NCBI GenBank assembly: GCA_958431815.1
Contig: CAUASB010000002.1
Coordinates: 121,690-185,689, forward strand
Direction: 5' to 3'
Length of the DNA: 64,000 nucleotides
Source: an uncultured Eggerthella sp.
GTDB taxonomy: Bacteria > Actinomycetota > Coriobacteriia > Coriobacteriales > Eggerthellaceae
Part shown: positions 29,515-39,497 of the stretch, in pieces
Layout of the letters: each line of letters opens with the position of its first letter
How positions within the stretch are numbered: position 1 is the stretch's first letter
Notes under the pieces: model-generated
The model's input: only the letters and a program-made list of their open reading frames with translations
Databases searched by the model: none
What the model was told of the DNA's origin: nothing
Program-made: the position numbers and the translations under genes

Positions 29515-29632
29515 ATGGTACCCCTAAGGGCAAGCGCTACCATCATAGCAAAAATAACCCCCAACGCACGGTTGAGGGTTGTTCACCAGAAAAGTCTTTT
29601 CAAAGGGCGCATGCCCATGTTACCGTTTTGTG

Positions 29633-30586
29633 CTATATCCCCTGCTCATAGGCATCAAGAATCAGCCCCTGCAAAATGTCGGATTCGCTGACCGTGAAGC
29701 TTTTGCACCCGGCAGCTGTTAAAACCTCCAGCAAAATGCCCAAACCGGCAACAATCACCGAAGCGCGCTCGGGCTGTAAACCAACCACCTGCTTGCGCTC
29801 GGCCAAAGGCAACGCACGAAGACGATCGTAGAGCTCCTGCAGGGTTTCAAGCGAAACAGTAGAGCCATCAACCTCAGAAGAGTCGTACACCTTCATCTTC
29901 TTGTGCATGGAAACCACACTGGTTGCGGTACCGGCAACGGCAACGATGCGATCGATGGCAATGCCGCTGTTGCGCGCACCTTCGAAATAGGGGGCAAATT
30001 GCTCACGTGCCCAAGCCCGGGCAGCAGCGCATTCCTCTTCCGAAGGCGGATCGGAAACGTAAAAGCGCTCGGTTACGCGACGACACCCAATGTTAAAGGA
30101 ATGGGAACGGGCAGGCTCCTTACCGCCAACGCCCATCACCACTTCCGTGGAACCGCCGCCGATGTCGGCAACCAGAAGGTTTTCCCCTTCGTAGCCGCGG
30201 GCAGCGCCGCGAAACGAAAGCGCTGCTTCCCTGTTGCCCTCGATAACCGAAAGCTCCACGCCCAACTCGCGCAGCTTTCCCACCAACTCCGCCGAATTGC
30301 TTGCATCGCGCGAAGCGCTGGTTGCCACCGCAACGATGGGGATGGTGGGATGTTCGTCGGTTTTATAGCCGTTGACGATATCGATGTACTCGCCGATTTT
30401 CACCACCACACGTTCGATGGCGTCTTCCTGCAAAATGCCGGTTTTATCCACGCCGACACCAAGGTTGGTGATAGCGCAACGGCGCTCCAGTTCAACCAGT
30501 GCGCCGTTTCGAACCTCTGCCAACAACAATCGGCACGTAACCGTGCCGATGTCGAAAGCTGCAATACGTTGTGCCTTAGTGGCCAT
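29633..30586 (-). CDS. Ppx/GppA family exopolyphosphatase
   Basis: MATKAQRIAAFDIGTVTCRLLLAEV N-terminus and the Ppx/GppA family fold. Confidence 0.8.
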   Translation of the reverse strand: MATKAQRIAAFDIGTVTCRLLLAEVRNGALVELERRCAITNLGVGVDKTGILQEDAIERVVVKIGEYIDIVNGYKTDEHPTIPIVAVATSASRDASNSAELVGKLRELGVELSVIEGNREAALSFRGAARGYEGENLLVADIGGGSTEVVMGVGGKEPARSHSFNIGCRRVTERFYVSDPPSEEECAAARAWAREQFAPYFEGARNSGIAIDRIVAVAGTATSVVSMHKKMKVYDSSEVDGSTVSLETLQELYDRLRALPLAERKQVVGLQPERASVIVAGLGILLEVLTAAGCKSFTVSESDILQGLILDAYEQGI

Positions 30587-31736
30587 AGCCGAAAATCACA
30601 TCCAATATGCCTGAATACCACGTGTCAGGGGCAGCTACGCTTCCTGCAGGAATGGAATACACACGACTATTGGAACGGGTACTGTCGGTTGAAGAGGTAA
30701 CCCCCTCGACCGAAACAACATGCTCTCCGGGACGTATCCACCCAAGCTCGGAACGAGCATAATCTTCAATGCCCGCATCGGTATTCAGGTAATCTACCTG
30801 GTTTTGCATCTGCGTGTTGTATTCCTGCAGCGCATCGTATTCAGCCTGAAGCTGCTGCAGCTGACGCGTTTCGTTGTAATAGTTCTGACACGAGGGGTAC
30901 AGCATCACCACAGCAAAGGCAACGGCAACGAAAGCAACAACAGTGCGCGTCGCCCAAGCGGAAAGCGATCCGTTGAACGGCAGCGCAAAGGGCAGCGAAA
31001 AGCCCTTGCTGCGCTTCTTGTCGCCTTCGGCCATGGCACGTACCGACTTGCGCTGGCTTGCGCCCATGCGCATGTCGTACACCGCGGCACGGCTGCCTCG
31101 CTCTTGCTCCTCCATGCGGGCGCGGGCACGTTCGCGTGCGCCGATGGTGCGATCGAATTCCCTGTCGGCCTTAGCGGTGCGGAAACGCTTGCGAATTTCG
31201 TTCGAGAGGCTTTCGCTTTGCTTGCGCTGAGCTTGGCGGCGCGATGCCTGCTCTTCTTCGCCTTCCGGCACATCGTCGAAACGGCGGCGGCTGGAGGTTT
31301 GCTCTGCCTGGGAGCGTCTGGCTCGATAGGGGGCATCGCTTTGCGCGGCATATCCACGACGCGCCTGCGCACGTGCATCAGAATAGCGCCTTTCACCTGC
31401 AGAAACAGATGAAGTATACCCTCTTCCTGCTCGCGGAGCATCGCTGCGATAAGTGCGAGCGGAACGACTAGAGGGACTCTGCTCCTGAAGGGAACCATGC
31501 AGGTACGCATAGTTTTCTTCCGCAAAACGGGAAGCAGAGGCGCTGCGATAAGCGCGAGCGCTGGAAACGCGTGGCGTATTCGACCGAGGAGCATGCTGCG
31601 GTGCGCCTTCCTGGCGCTCTTTGCTGTGGGCAGCATAAGCCCTGCGGGAAGCCGATGAGGGCGCAACAGTACGCGGCAAAGAACCCTCGCAGGCTTTTAC
31701 CTCGTCGAACGAAAGAATGTTCGCTTGTTGCGTCAC
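30576..31736 (-). CDS. FtsB/DivIC-like septum formation initiator
   Basis: C-terminal TM plus coiled coil (QLQQLQAEYDALQEYNTQMQNQVDYL). The long N-terminal region is Arg/Ser/Tyr-rich and low-complexity. Confidence 0.55.
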   Translation of the reverse strand: MTQQANILSFDEVKACEGSLPRTVAPSSASRRAYAAHSKERQEGAPQHAPRSNTPRVSSARAYRSASASRFAEENYAYLHGSLQEQSPSSRSARTYRSDAPRAGRGYTSSVSAGERRYSDARAQARRGYAAQSDAPYRARRSQAEQTSSRRRFDDVPEGEEEQASRRQAQRKQSESLSNEIRKRFRTAKADREFDRTIGARERARARMEEQERGSRAAVYDMRMGASQRKSVRAMAEGDKKRSKGFSLPFALPFNGSLSAWATRTVVAFVAVAFAVVMLYPSCQNYYNETRQLQQLQAEYDALQEYNTQMQNQVDYLNTDAGIEDYARSELGWIRPGEHVVSVEGVTSSTDSTRSNSRVYSIPAGSVAAPDTWYSGILDVIFGYGH

Positions 31737-31961
31737 GAAAAGAAGACCCCTTTAAGCATCGTAGTGTGATTGAGTAGTGCGAGTAATGCTTTGAAGCTCA
31801 ACCACTATACCACAGCAAAATGCTTCAAAAGGAGGGTTGATTAAAAGAAAGAAAGGCTGCATAATGCAGCCTTTCCCGTAACCGTTGCGCAACAGGAAAA
31901 TCCCAGTTCAGCAACGAAAATGAAACTATAGAGGTCCCTATTTGGAAACCTTGTGGAAAGC

Positions 31962-32762
31962 CTATTCCTCTTCCTCGAGTGCAGCGGCGATTTCCTCGGT
32001 GATATCCATGGTGTGATATACGTTCTGAAGGTCTTCGAGCTCTTCCAGGCGGTCGACCAGGCGCATAACCTTCTTTGCATCGGCAACGGTTACCTGGGTA
32101 GGCGTGGTGGGCTCCATGATGAACTCAGCGCCCTTAACCTCGATGCCCTGCTCTTCCAGGCCCTTCTTAACCGTCATAAGATCGGAAGGAGCGGTGTAAA
32201 CGATCCACTCGTCGCCGGCATCTTCGTAGTCGGAGCCGCCTGCTTCGGCAACCGCCATCATGAATTCATCTTCGTCAACGGCGTTTTCCTTGTCGGCTAC
32301 CTTCTTCTGGTCAGACTTGATAACCTTCTCTACCAGAATCTGGCCCTTCTTCTCGAACTGGAAGGCAACAGAACCGGAGGTGCCCAGGTTGCCGCCGTGA
32401 TGGTTGAAGGCAGCGCGAACATCGGCAGCGGTGCGGTTGCGGTTGTCGGTCAGAGCGTCGCAGTAGATGGCAACGCCGCAGGGGCCGTAGCCCTCGTATA
32501 CAACCGTTTCGTAGTTGGCGGCATCTTTGCCAGAGCCAAATGCCTTGTCGATAGCGGTCTTGATCTTGTCCTTAGGCAGAGAGTAGCTCTTCGCCTTGTC
32601 GATAGCAGCTGCCAGGGAAGCGTTGTTTTCAGGGTTCGGGTCGCCGCCTTCCTTAGCCGCAACAGTGATGTTACGGGAAAGCTTGGAGAACAGTGCGGAG
32701 CGCTTAGCGTCCTGAGCTGCCTTGCGATGCTTGGTGGTTGCCCATTTAGAATGCCCTGACAT
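31962..32762 (-). CDS. YebC/PmpR family transcriptional regulator
   Basis: MSGHSKWATTKHRKAAQDAKR. Confidence 0.9.
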   Translation of the reverse strand: MSGHSKWATTKHRKAAQDAKRSALFSKLSRNITVAAKEGGDPNPENNASLAAAIDKAKSYSLPKDKIKTAIDKAFGSGKDAANYETVVYEGYGPCGVAIYCDALTDNRNRTAADVRAAFNHHGGNLGTSGSVAFQFEKKGQILVEKVIKSDQKKVADKENAVDEDEFMMAVAEAGGSDYEDAGDEWIVYTAPSDLMTVKKGLEEQGIEVKGAEFIMEPTTPTQVTVADAKKVMRLVDRLEELEDLQNVYHTMDITEEIAAALEEEE

Positions 32763-32776
32763 ATGTATACCTTTCC

Positions 32777-33772
32777 GTGGGTGATAATCCGACCCGATAT
32801 TTTAGCACACTTGCCAAAATGGTGCTTGACAAGCCAAATCGCCCTGCTCCTTTTCAACGTATAATCGAAGAATCCGACCCCCGAATGCAAAGGAATCCCA
32901 TGGCCCTCATCGAACTTGAAACCTTGGAAGATGCACGCCTTCAGGTGTTTTCCCGCATGACCGATTCCGAGCTGCGCGACCCAAAGCAGCTGGTTGGCTT
33001 GCGCCTTGCGTGCGGAACCGAGATATCGGACGAGGGGCTGTTCATTGCTGAGTCGCGCAACGTGATCGACCGGGCCATGGATGCAGGGCTTACTCCCTTC
33101 GCCTTGCTTACCGATAGGCGCTGGGCCGAACCGAGCGCGGAGCTTTTCGAGCGCATCGAATGCGCCAGCCCCGACACTCCCCTCTTCGTGGGCACGCGCC
33201 AACAAGTGCAGCAGCTTACCGGCTACGAACGCACGCGCGGGCCTTTGGCGGCGTTTCACCGCCCCGCCCTTCCGAGCGTGGAGAGCCTGTTGGCAGGCGC
33301 AACGCGCGTTGCCATCCTGGAAGACGTGACGAACTTCACCAACATCGGGGCCATCTTCCGCAGCGCGGCCGCACTGGGCATGGATGCCGTGCTGGTTACC
33401 CCCGGTTGCCACGACCCGTTCTACCGTCGCGCTAACCGCGTTTCCATGGGCACGGTGTTCCAGGTGCCCTGGACGCGCATCGGCGCCGAACGCGATTGGG
33501 CAGCTGAAGGCGTTCCGCTGCTGAACAAGCTCGGCTTCACCGTTGCCGCGCTGGCGCTGGAAGACGATTCCGTAACCCTGCAAAACCCTCTAATCTCACA
33601 AGCGGAAAAGCTTGCCTTGGTATTGGGCACCGAAGGCGACGGCCTGGCACCCGCAACCATCGCCAATTGCAACTACACCGTGAAAATCCCCATGGCACAC
33701 CATGTCGATTCCCTCAACGTTGCCGCAGCCAGCGCCGTAGCCTTCTGGGAAGTGCGTGGACAGTACCTGTAA
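32777..33772 (+). CDS. TrmH/SpoU family RNA 2'-O-methyltransferase (true start possibly near 32885)
   Basis: SpoU motifs ..NIGAIFRSAAALGMDAV.. and LVLGTEGDGL. Confidence 0.75.
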   Translation: MGDNPTRYFSTLAKMVLDKPNRPAPFQRIIEESDPRMQRNPMALIELETLEDARLQVFSRMTDSELRDPKQLVGLRLACGTEISDEGLFIAESRNVIDRAMDAGLTPFALLTDRRWAEPSAELFERIECASPDTPLFVGTRQQVQQLTGYERTRGPLAAFHRPALPSVESLLAGATRVAILEDVTNFTNIGAIFRSAAALGMDAVLVTPGCHDPFYRRANRVSMGTVFQVPWTRIGAERDWAAEGVPLLNKLGFTVAALALEDDSVTLQNPLISQAEKLALVLGTEGDGLAPATIANCNYTVKIPMAHHVDSLNVAAASAVAFWEVRGQYL

Positions 33773-33921
33773 AAGCAGGGTATAAAACGAGAGGACGGGT
33801 AAATCCCGTCCTCTCGTTTTCTGTTTTTGCGGCAGGATCTACCGAATACCGCAGTATCCACTGGGCGCCGAATCGCAAAACCGCACTCTGCAGCAACCTC
33901 TTCCCGCAGAGTGCCTTGAAC

Positions 33922-34815
33922 CTATACCCAGTGCTCGCGCATATAAGCCCACTTCTTGTCGCGCTCCGCTTCGATTTGGGCAATATCCTCATCGGTAAGC
34001 GCTTTGAATCGACCTTGGTGCTTCAAATAATCGTGCACTGAAGTGAATTCCTTCGGGTTGCGGTTCAACCTGAACGCGCCGTCCTCGTATTCCGCCAAAT
34101 ACCACAGGCCGCAATCGACGATATCCTTCGCCACCTCGATCGTCTCGTCGACGCCGCAGCCCCATCCGGTTGGGCACGGGGCAATAACGTGGATGTACTT
34201 GGTGCCCTTGATGCTGGCGGCTTTTTCCACCTTGCGGATGAAATCGTTCAGATAGCCGACCGATGCCGTGGCCGCATAGGGAATGCCGTGAGCCGCCACG
34301 ATTTCGAACATGTTCTTCTTCTGTGTAAGGCAGCCACGCGTGGTGCCTGCTACCGGCGTGGTGGTGGTTTTGGCGCCGAACGGGGTAAGCGAGCTTTTCT
34401 GGATGCCCGTGTTCATGTACGCCTCGTTGTCGTAGCAGATGTAAATCACGTTGTCGTTGCGGTCGATGGTGCCGGAAAGCGCCTGCAAGCCGATGTCCGC
34501 CGTGCCGCCATCGCCTGCGAAACCGACAACCGTGTATTCGCTTGGATCTTTGCCTTGCGCTTTCAAGCCAACCTCGATACCGGAAATAACCGATGAGGTT
34601 GCCGCGAACGGCGTGATCATCGCATTGTTCGAAAAGCTCAGCTGAGGGAAGTTGAAGCCGGTTGCGCTCATGCAGCCAGCCGGAAGCGCCGCAACCGCGT
34701 TAGGACCCAGCACTTTCAAGGCATGGCGCACAACCAGCGAACCACCGCAGCCGGCGCATGCCTTATGCCCGAAGAAGAATTCGTCGTCGGTAATGTTCTT
34801 TGCATTGATAGCCAT
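33922..34815 (-). CDS. 2-oxoacid:ferredoxin oxidoreductase, beta (TPP-binding) subunit
   Basis: GDGG TPP motif and PorB-like sequence. Confidence 0.8.
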   Translation of the reverse strand: MAINAKNITDDEFFFGHKACAGCGGSLVVRHALKVLGPNAVAALPAGCMSATGFNFPQLSFSNNAMITPFAATSSVISGIEVGLKAQGKDPSEYTVVGFAGDGGTADIGLQALSGTIDRNDNVIYICYDNEAYMNTGIQKSSLTPFGAKTTTTPVAGTTRGCLTQKKNMFEIVAAHGIPYAATASVGYLNDFIRKVEKAASIKGTKYIHVIAPCPTGWGCGVDETIEVAKDIVDCGLWYLAEYEDGAFRLNRNPKEFTSVHDYLKHQGRFKALTDEDIAQIEAERDKKWAYMREHWV

Positions 34816-36022
34816 TACGCAACCCCTTCCTTGCCCAGCTCATCGGCGGGAGAGTCGACGCCAAGAAACGACACGCGTGGGCCGGAGTATTCCCCGACGG
34901 CAAGCTTTGCCAGGCATCGATACATTCCGTTCATCTGAGCAACGGAGATGTCGTCGCCGCCCAAACCTCCAACGAAGTTGAGCGCCGGCACCAAGATGCC
35001 TGCTTGCTGCAAGGCGGAATTCACATTGGTGAACACCGTGCCCTCTGCGCCGAAAGACACGTCTTTCTCCAAAACGGCAATCGCTTTCGCGCCTTCAAGT
35101 GCCTGTGCAATCTGTTTATAGGGCATGGGACGCACATAGCGAATGCGCAGCATGCCCGCCTTCACGCCCTGGGCACGAAGAGTGTCGACCGTGCTACGAG
35201 CCAGCCCGGCGATCGAGCCCAACGTTACCAACACGATATCGGCATCGTCGCATTGGTACGCTTCGACCATCCCCGGATACGATCGACCCATAATTTCAGC
35301 GAAGCGAGCCTCGACCTTTTCCACCACATCGACGGCATCTTCCATATCGTGATGGGCGTAATACTTGAAGTAGCGGTTGTATTCGGGCCCCGCCGAATAC
35401 CCGATGTTCACCGGGTTTTCGAAGTCGAAACGGTTCGTGGTTTTATACGGAGGCAGGAAGGCATCCGCTTGTTCCGCATCGGGAATATCAACCATTTCAT
35501 AGGTGTGGGTAAGGGCGAAACCATCGATGTTCACCATGAAAGGCGTCATGACGGCAGGATCCTCGGCAATCGCATAGGCCATCAGGGCCATATCGAGCGC
35601 TTCCTGGTTGGTGTCGGCATACGCCTGGATCCAGCCATGGTCGAGCAGGGCAAGCGAATCGCGCTGGTCGCCGTAAATGTTCCACGGAAGGGCCGTGGCG
35701 CGGTTTGCGTTCATCATCACAATGGGAAAGCGCCCGCCTGCCGCATAGGTAAGGCATTCGGCCATGTAGAGCAAGCCCTGACTGGACGTTGCCGTGAAGG
35801 TTCGCGCGCCCGTTGCCGCAGCGCCGATGCACGCAGAAAGCGCGGTATGCTCCGATTCAACATGCATGTACTCGGCATGAAGCCTTCCCGCTTCCACCAT
35901 TTCGCTCAGGCGCTCCACAACAACCGTCTGCGGTGTGATGGGATAAGCGGAAATCACCTGAGGGCGGGCAAGGCGAACGCCTTCGGCAAACGCCTCGTCG
36001 CCTGATAGGAACTTCTTCATCA
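34815..36022 (-). CDS. 2-oxoacid:ferredoxin oxidoreductase, alpha subunit (start MKKFLSGDE; track ORF runs to 36164)
   Basis: PorA-like, YPITPQT. Confidence 0.8.
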
Positions 36023-36526
36023 GCGCTGCCCCTTTCCTTCTTCGCTTTCCTGCGCAGCTTCGGCTGCCAACTTCGCCGCTTCTTCTTTGCGCGCCTGGCC
36101 TTCGGGCACCATGGTTATCGCACCCGCCGCACATGCGCGGGCGCAAATGCCGCAGCCCTTGCAAAAGTCCAGGTCAAGAGCAACCGATGTGTCGGTGCGA
36201 TTCGCCGGACACGCCGCGCGGTCGTTGTCGGTCTTGAATACCGCACCATCAGGGCAGTACATATAGCATTTCAGGCAGCCTGTGCACTTCGATGGGTCGA
36301 ACACGGGACGCTCGTTGCGCCACCCGGCGTTTTTCACCGTAAGATAGCCCGCAGCAAAACACGTACTGCGCGCGTATTCACGCGGGTCCAGGTCGCCAGA
36401 TTGCAAAATGGGAATGCGTGCAGGACGGCGCCCCGCATATCCCTGGCGCAATTCGTTGCTGCTTTGCGCCCCAGGTGCACCATATCCTGCGGGAACAAGA
36501 TTCGTATTTGACGAGCTCACGTTCAA
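36020..36526 (-). CDS. 2-oxoacid:ferredoxin oxidoreductase, delta (2x[4Fe-4S]) subunit
   Basis: CTGCLKCYMYCP and CKGCGICARACA. Confidence 0.75.
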   Translation of the reverse strand: MNVSSSNTNLVPAGYGAPGAQSSNELRQGYAGRRPARIPILQSGDLDPREYARSTCFAAGYLTVKNAGWRNERPVFDPSKCTGCLKCYMYCPDGAVFKTDNDRAACPANRTDTSVALDLDFCKGCGICARACAAGAITMVPEGQARKEEAAKLAAEAAQESEEGKGQR

Positions 36527-37116
36527 TTCCTCTCAAGCACCTTGTCAAACGCTTCGGGTACACCGATGATGTGTGCAGCTGCCTCTCCCCTTGTGAAGGA
36601 AGAGAACTCTGCAAGCACCGCTTCGATGATCGCGATGTTCTTGTCGTGCAGCTTTGCAGGCATGTACTCGCGGACGGAACGTTCGATGTTTTCCTTGGAA
36701 ACGGCATCGTCAAGCGCGGTAATCGCCCCCAAGAACACCGTGTTGGGAATGGGTCTGCCAAGGATTTCCTGCGAAATGCCGTCTGCATCGATTGAAATGA
36801 TGCGCGGATCTTTGAAATCTTGCAGGCTGTTCGCCAGAACCACACCGCCGGGCTTCAACTCCGATTCCCAGCCTTCGCCAATCAGCGTGTCATCGAGATA
36901 CACCACGTAATCGGCTTTGACAATAGCACTGCGGTCGCCTATTGGCTTGGTGTCTATCTTGGTAAAAGCCCTCATCGGGGCGCCGCGTCGTTCGGGCCCG
37001 AACGATGGGAACGCCAACGCGTAGCAACCTTCGGGAAATGCACCGGCCGCCCCCAGAAGGCGCGCCGCCGTGAATGCCCCCTGGCCGCCGCGGCCGTGCC
37101 ACAGTATCTCTTTCAC
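36523..37116 (-). CDS. 2-oxoacid:ferredoxin oxidoreductase, gamma subunit
   Basis: MKEILWHGRGGQGAFTAARLLG. Confidence 0.8.
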   Translation of the reverse strand: MKEILWHGRGGQGAFTAARLLGAAGAFPEGCYALAFPSFGPERRGAPMRAFTKIDTKPIGDRSAIVKADYVVYLDDTLIGEGWESELKPGGVVLANSLQDFKDPRIISIDADGISQEILGRPIPNTVFLGAITALDDAVSKENIERSVREYMPAKLHDKNIAIIEAVLAEFSSFTRGEAAAHIIGVPEAFDKVLERN

Positions 37117-37237
37117 GCTTTGTCCTTGTCTCTAATCGCAACAGCACAGCTTCTTGCGCTCTGCACCATAATGTCAAGAACAGACAGGCAAAGCCAGGCA
37201 TACTGCCCGGCTTTGCCCCTGCTGCTTTCAGTTTCGC

Positions 37238-38581
37238 TTATTTGTTGCTATCGCGCTCGTCGATGAAGCGGGATGCCTTATGTTCAGACGATACGCCGAG
37301 TTTATCCGTATCGTACACAATCACCTTAGCGGGACGAACGCCAGTATGGGCCTTCAGCGCCGCCTCAACGCGCTTGGCAACTTCATCGAACGATTCGTCA
37401 CTACCCGCTGCGCGCTCAACGGAAACCTCATAGCGCGTGGAGTAGTTCTCATCGTACACGCGAATCAGGTATTCGCCCGTTACGCCCGGTTCGGCACGAA
37501 CCACATACTCAACATCGCTCGGGAACACGTTTACCGCACCGACGATGAACATTTCGTCTTTGCGACCCGTAACGTGGATGCGCGCATGGGTGCGGCCGCA
37601 TTCGCACTTTTCGGTGGAAACGTATCCGATGTCGCCAGAACGGAAGCGGATCATCGGGCGGGCCTTCTTGCACAGCGTGGTGTAGGTAAGCTCGCCGGTG
37701 CTGCCAGGCTCCAGGACCTCGCCGGTGTTCGGGTCGACCGTTTCAACCAGGATCTGGTCTTCAACGATGTGCAGGCCGTCCTTCACTTCGCACATTGCCG
37801 CACAGGCGCCGTAGATGTCGGAAAGGCCGAAGAAGTCGCGTACGTCTGCGCCCCACAGATCCTCGATTGCCTCGCGGGTCGATTTGATGGAACCGCCCGG
37901 CTCACCGGCAACGATGATGGTCTTGATGTTGAAGTCGTTCTTAGGATCAAGGCCCTTTTCCTTGATCTTCTGGCCAAGCGTCCAAGCGTAAGAAGGAGAA
38001 GTCCAGATAACCGTGGGCTGATACTGCTTCAAAACGAAGATCAGACGATCGGAGGGAACGGCGCCCACCCAGATGGCCAAAGCGCCAAGGCGCTGAGCAC
38101 CGATAACGTCAGGACCGCCAACGTACAGCGCGAAGTTCAAACCGTGCACATAACGATCGTTGGGGCGCATGCCGGCCTGCCAGAACAGACGGGCCTCGGT
38201 GTCCTGCCACAAGTCAAAGTCTTCCTGAGTGAAAGGGCTTACCGTGGGAACACCCGTGGAACCGGAAGAGGTAGCCATGAAAATCACGTCCTCTTCGGGA
38301 ACCGAGCACATCTCGCCGAAGAAAGAACCGACATGCTGCGTTTGACGTTCGGTCTTCTTGTCGCAGAAGGGGAACTTCGCAAGATCGGCAAGCGTGTGCA
38401 GGTCGCTGGGCTTCACGCCCGCTTCGTCGAATGCGCGTTTGTACCATACGGTGTTGTCGTATGCGTACTGGAGCATCGTCTTCAGGCGGCCAAGCTGCAG
38501 CTTCTCGATCTCGGGACGCGGCATGCACTCAATCTCTGGGTCGTAGTATTTCTGGTCGTAGGGGATGTTCTTTTTCGCCAT
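37238..38581 (-). CDS. paaK: Phenylacetate-CoA ligase family (aryl-acid/F390-synthetase-like adenylating enzyme)
   Basis: 447 aa with a PaaK-like N-terminus and AMP-binding motifs. Confidence 0.75.
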   Translation of the reverse strand: MAKKNIPYDQKYYDPEIECMPRPEIEKLQLGRLKTMLQYAYDNTVWYKRAFDEAGVKPSDLHTLADLAKFPFCDKKTERQTQHVGSFFGEMCSVPEEDVIFMATSSGSTGVPTVSPFTQEDFDLWQDTEARLFWQAGMRPNDRYVHGLNFALYVGGPDVIGAQRLGALAIWVGAVPSDRLIFVLKQYQPTVIWTSPSYAWTLGQKIKEKGLDPKNDFNIKTIIVAGEPGGSIKSTREAIEDLWGADVRDFFGLSDIYGACAAMCEVKDGLHIVEDQILVETVDPNTGEVLEPGSTGELTYTTLCKKARPMIRFRSGDIGYVSTEKCECGRTHARIHVTGRKDEMFIVGAVNVFPSDVEYVVRAEPGVTGEYLIRVYDENYSTRYEVSVERAAGSDESFDEVAKRVEAALKAHTGVRPAKVIVYDTDKLGVSSEHKASRFIDERDSNK

Positions 38582-38920
38582 TGCTTGTTACTGCTCCTTG
38601 ATTGGTGCTTTCTTCCTGTTTCAACGTAGTGCACTGTTTGCAGCCTTTGCTGACTGCGGTGCATTATGAAACCACCGAGCAGAATATCCCGCAACCCTCT
38701 AGGCTATTGGGGGTTTATATGTTTGGGTATAGATATAGTTGATACCGAATAACACCAGGTAAACAGTACTTTTTGAAGAAGATACCCTCTCGAAGAGGAC
38801 AAATTGCCACATTTGAAATGCACTCGAAACACTGTAGAAGGCCTTCTTGCCCTCCCCATGCCCGGCAGAACCTTCCCCAAACCTTGCGCCGACCCAAGCA
38901 TCAAAGCCGGCACTCCCGCG

Positions 38921-38981
38921 AAAAACAAAAGGAGCCCTCATGCGAAGGCTCCTTCTGGATAGCAAAATGGGGACTGTCCCC
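38921..38981 (-). terminator. Tandem hairpins downstream of hisE
   Basis: GGAGCC-ctcatgcgaa-GGCTCC and GGGGAC-t-GTCCCC, each flanked by U-tracts. Confidence 0.55.
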
Positions 38982-38987
38982 TTTTTG

Positions 38988-39422
38988 TTATTTTTCTACA
39001 TGGTTGCCGCGGTTTACGTGCTCGGGCTTCAGGAGTACCACCCCACCGCGTTCGGCGATTTCCTCCTTGGTCATGCGTGTGTTCAGCTCGGCGGCAAATT
39101 CATCCAAGCCGATGCCGCACCGTTCAAGCAGCACCATAAGGTGGTACACCACATCGGCAGCCTCGTAGCGAAGATGGTTTACCTGGGCATCGTCGCCCTC
39201 GTTGTACACCACGTCTTTCGCGGCAAGCGTTGTCTCGTGCGCCTCTTCGGCAACCTTCTTCAGCAACGTGTCGATATCCCCCGTAAGCAAGCGATGGGTA
39301 TAGCTCTCATCGCCCGCATTGCGACGCTCGTGAATAGTGCGAGCGAGCGATTCAAGCGAAGCACCAATTTGGCTTTGCGGGGGCGTGCGATCGTCGGAAA
39401 GATACGTTTTGGTGTTGGGCAT
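38988..39422 (-). CDS. hisE: Phosphoribosyl-ATP pyrophosphohydrolase-like (HisE/MazG fold)
   Basis: ESYTHRLL..EEAHE..A......EAADVVYHLMVLL. Confidence 0.6.
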   Translation of the reverse strand: MPNTKTYLSDDRTPPQSQIGASLESLARTIHERRNAGDESYTHRLLTGDIDTLLKKVAEEAHETTLAAKDVVYNEGDDAQVNHLRYEAADVVYHLMVLLERCGIGLDEFAAELNTRMTKEEIAERGGVVLLKPEHVNRGNHVEK

Positions 39423-39497
39423 GGTACATTCCCTTTCATGTGTTGTGCGGGTTTCAGGATAGCACGCTAAACGGTGCCAGGGCGAAGCGGAGCTCCG

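Noticed and set aside
38847-39470. Plus-strand ORF with a strong AAAGGAG SD, antisense to hisE
   Set aside because: The SD-like sequence is part of the hisE terminator hairpin (GGAGCC..GGCTCC). The ORF is an antisense artefact with no domain features.
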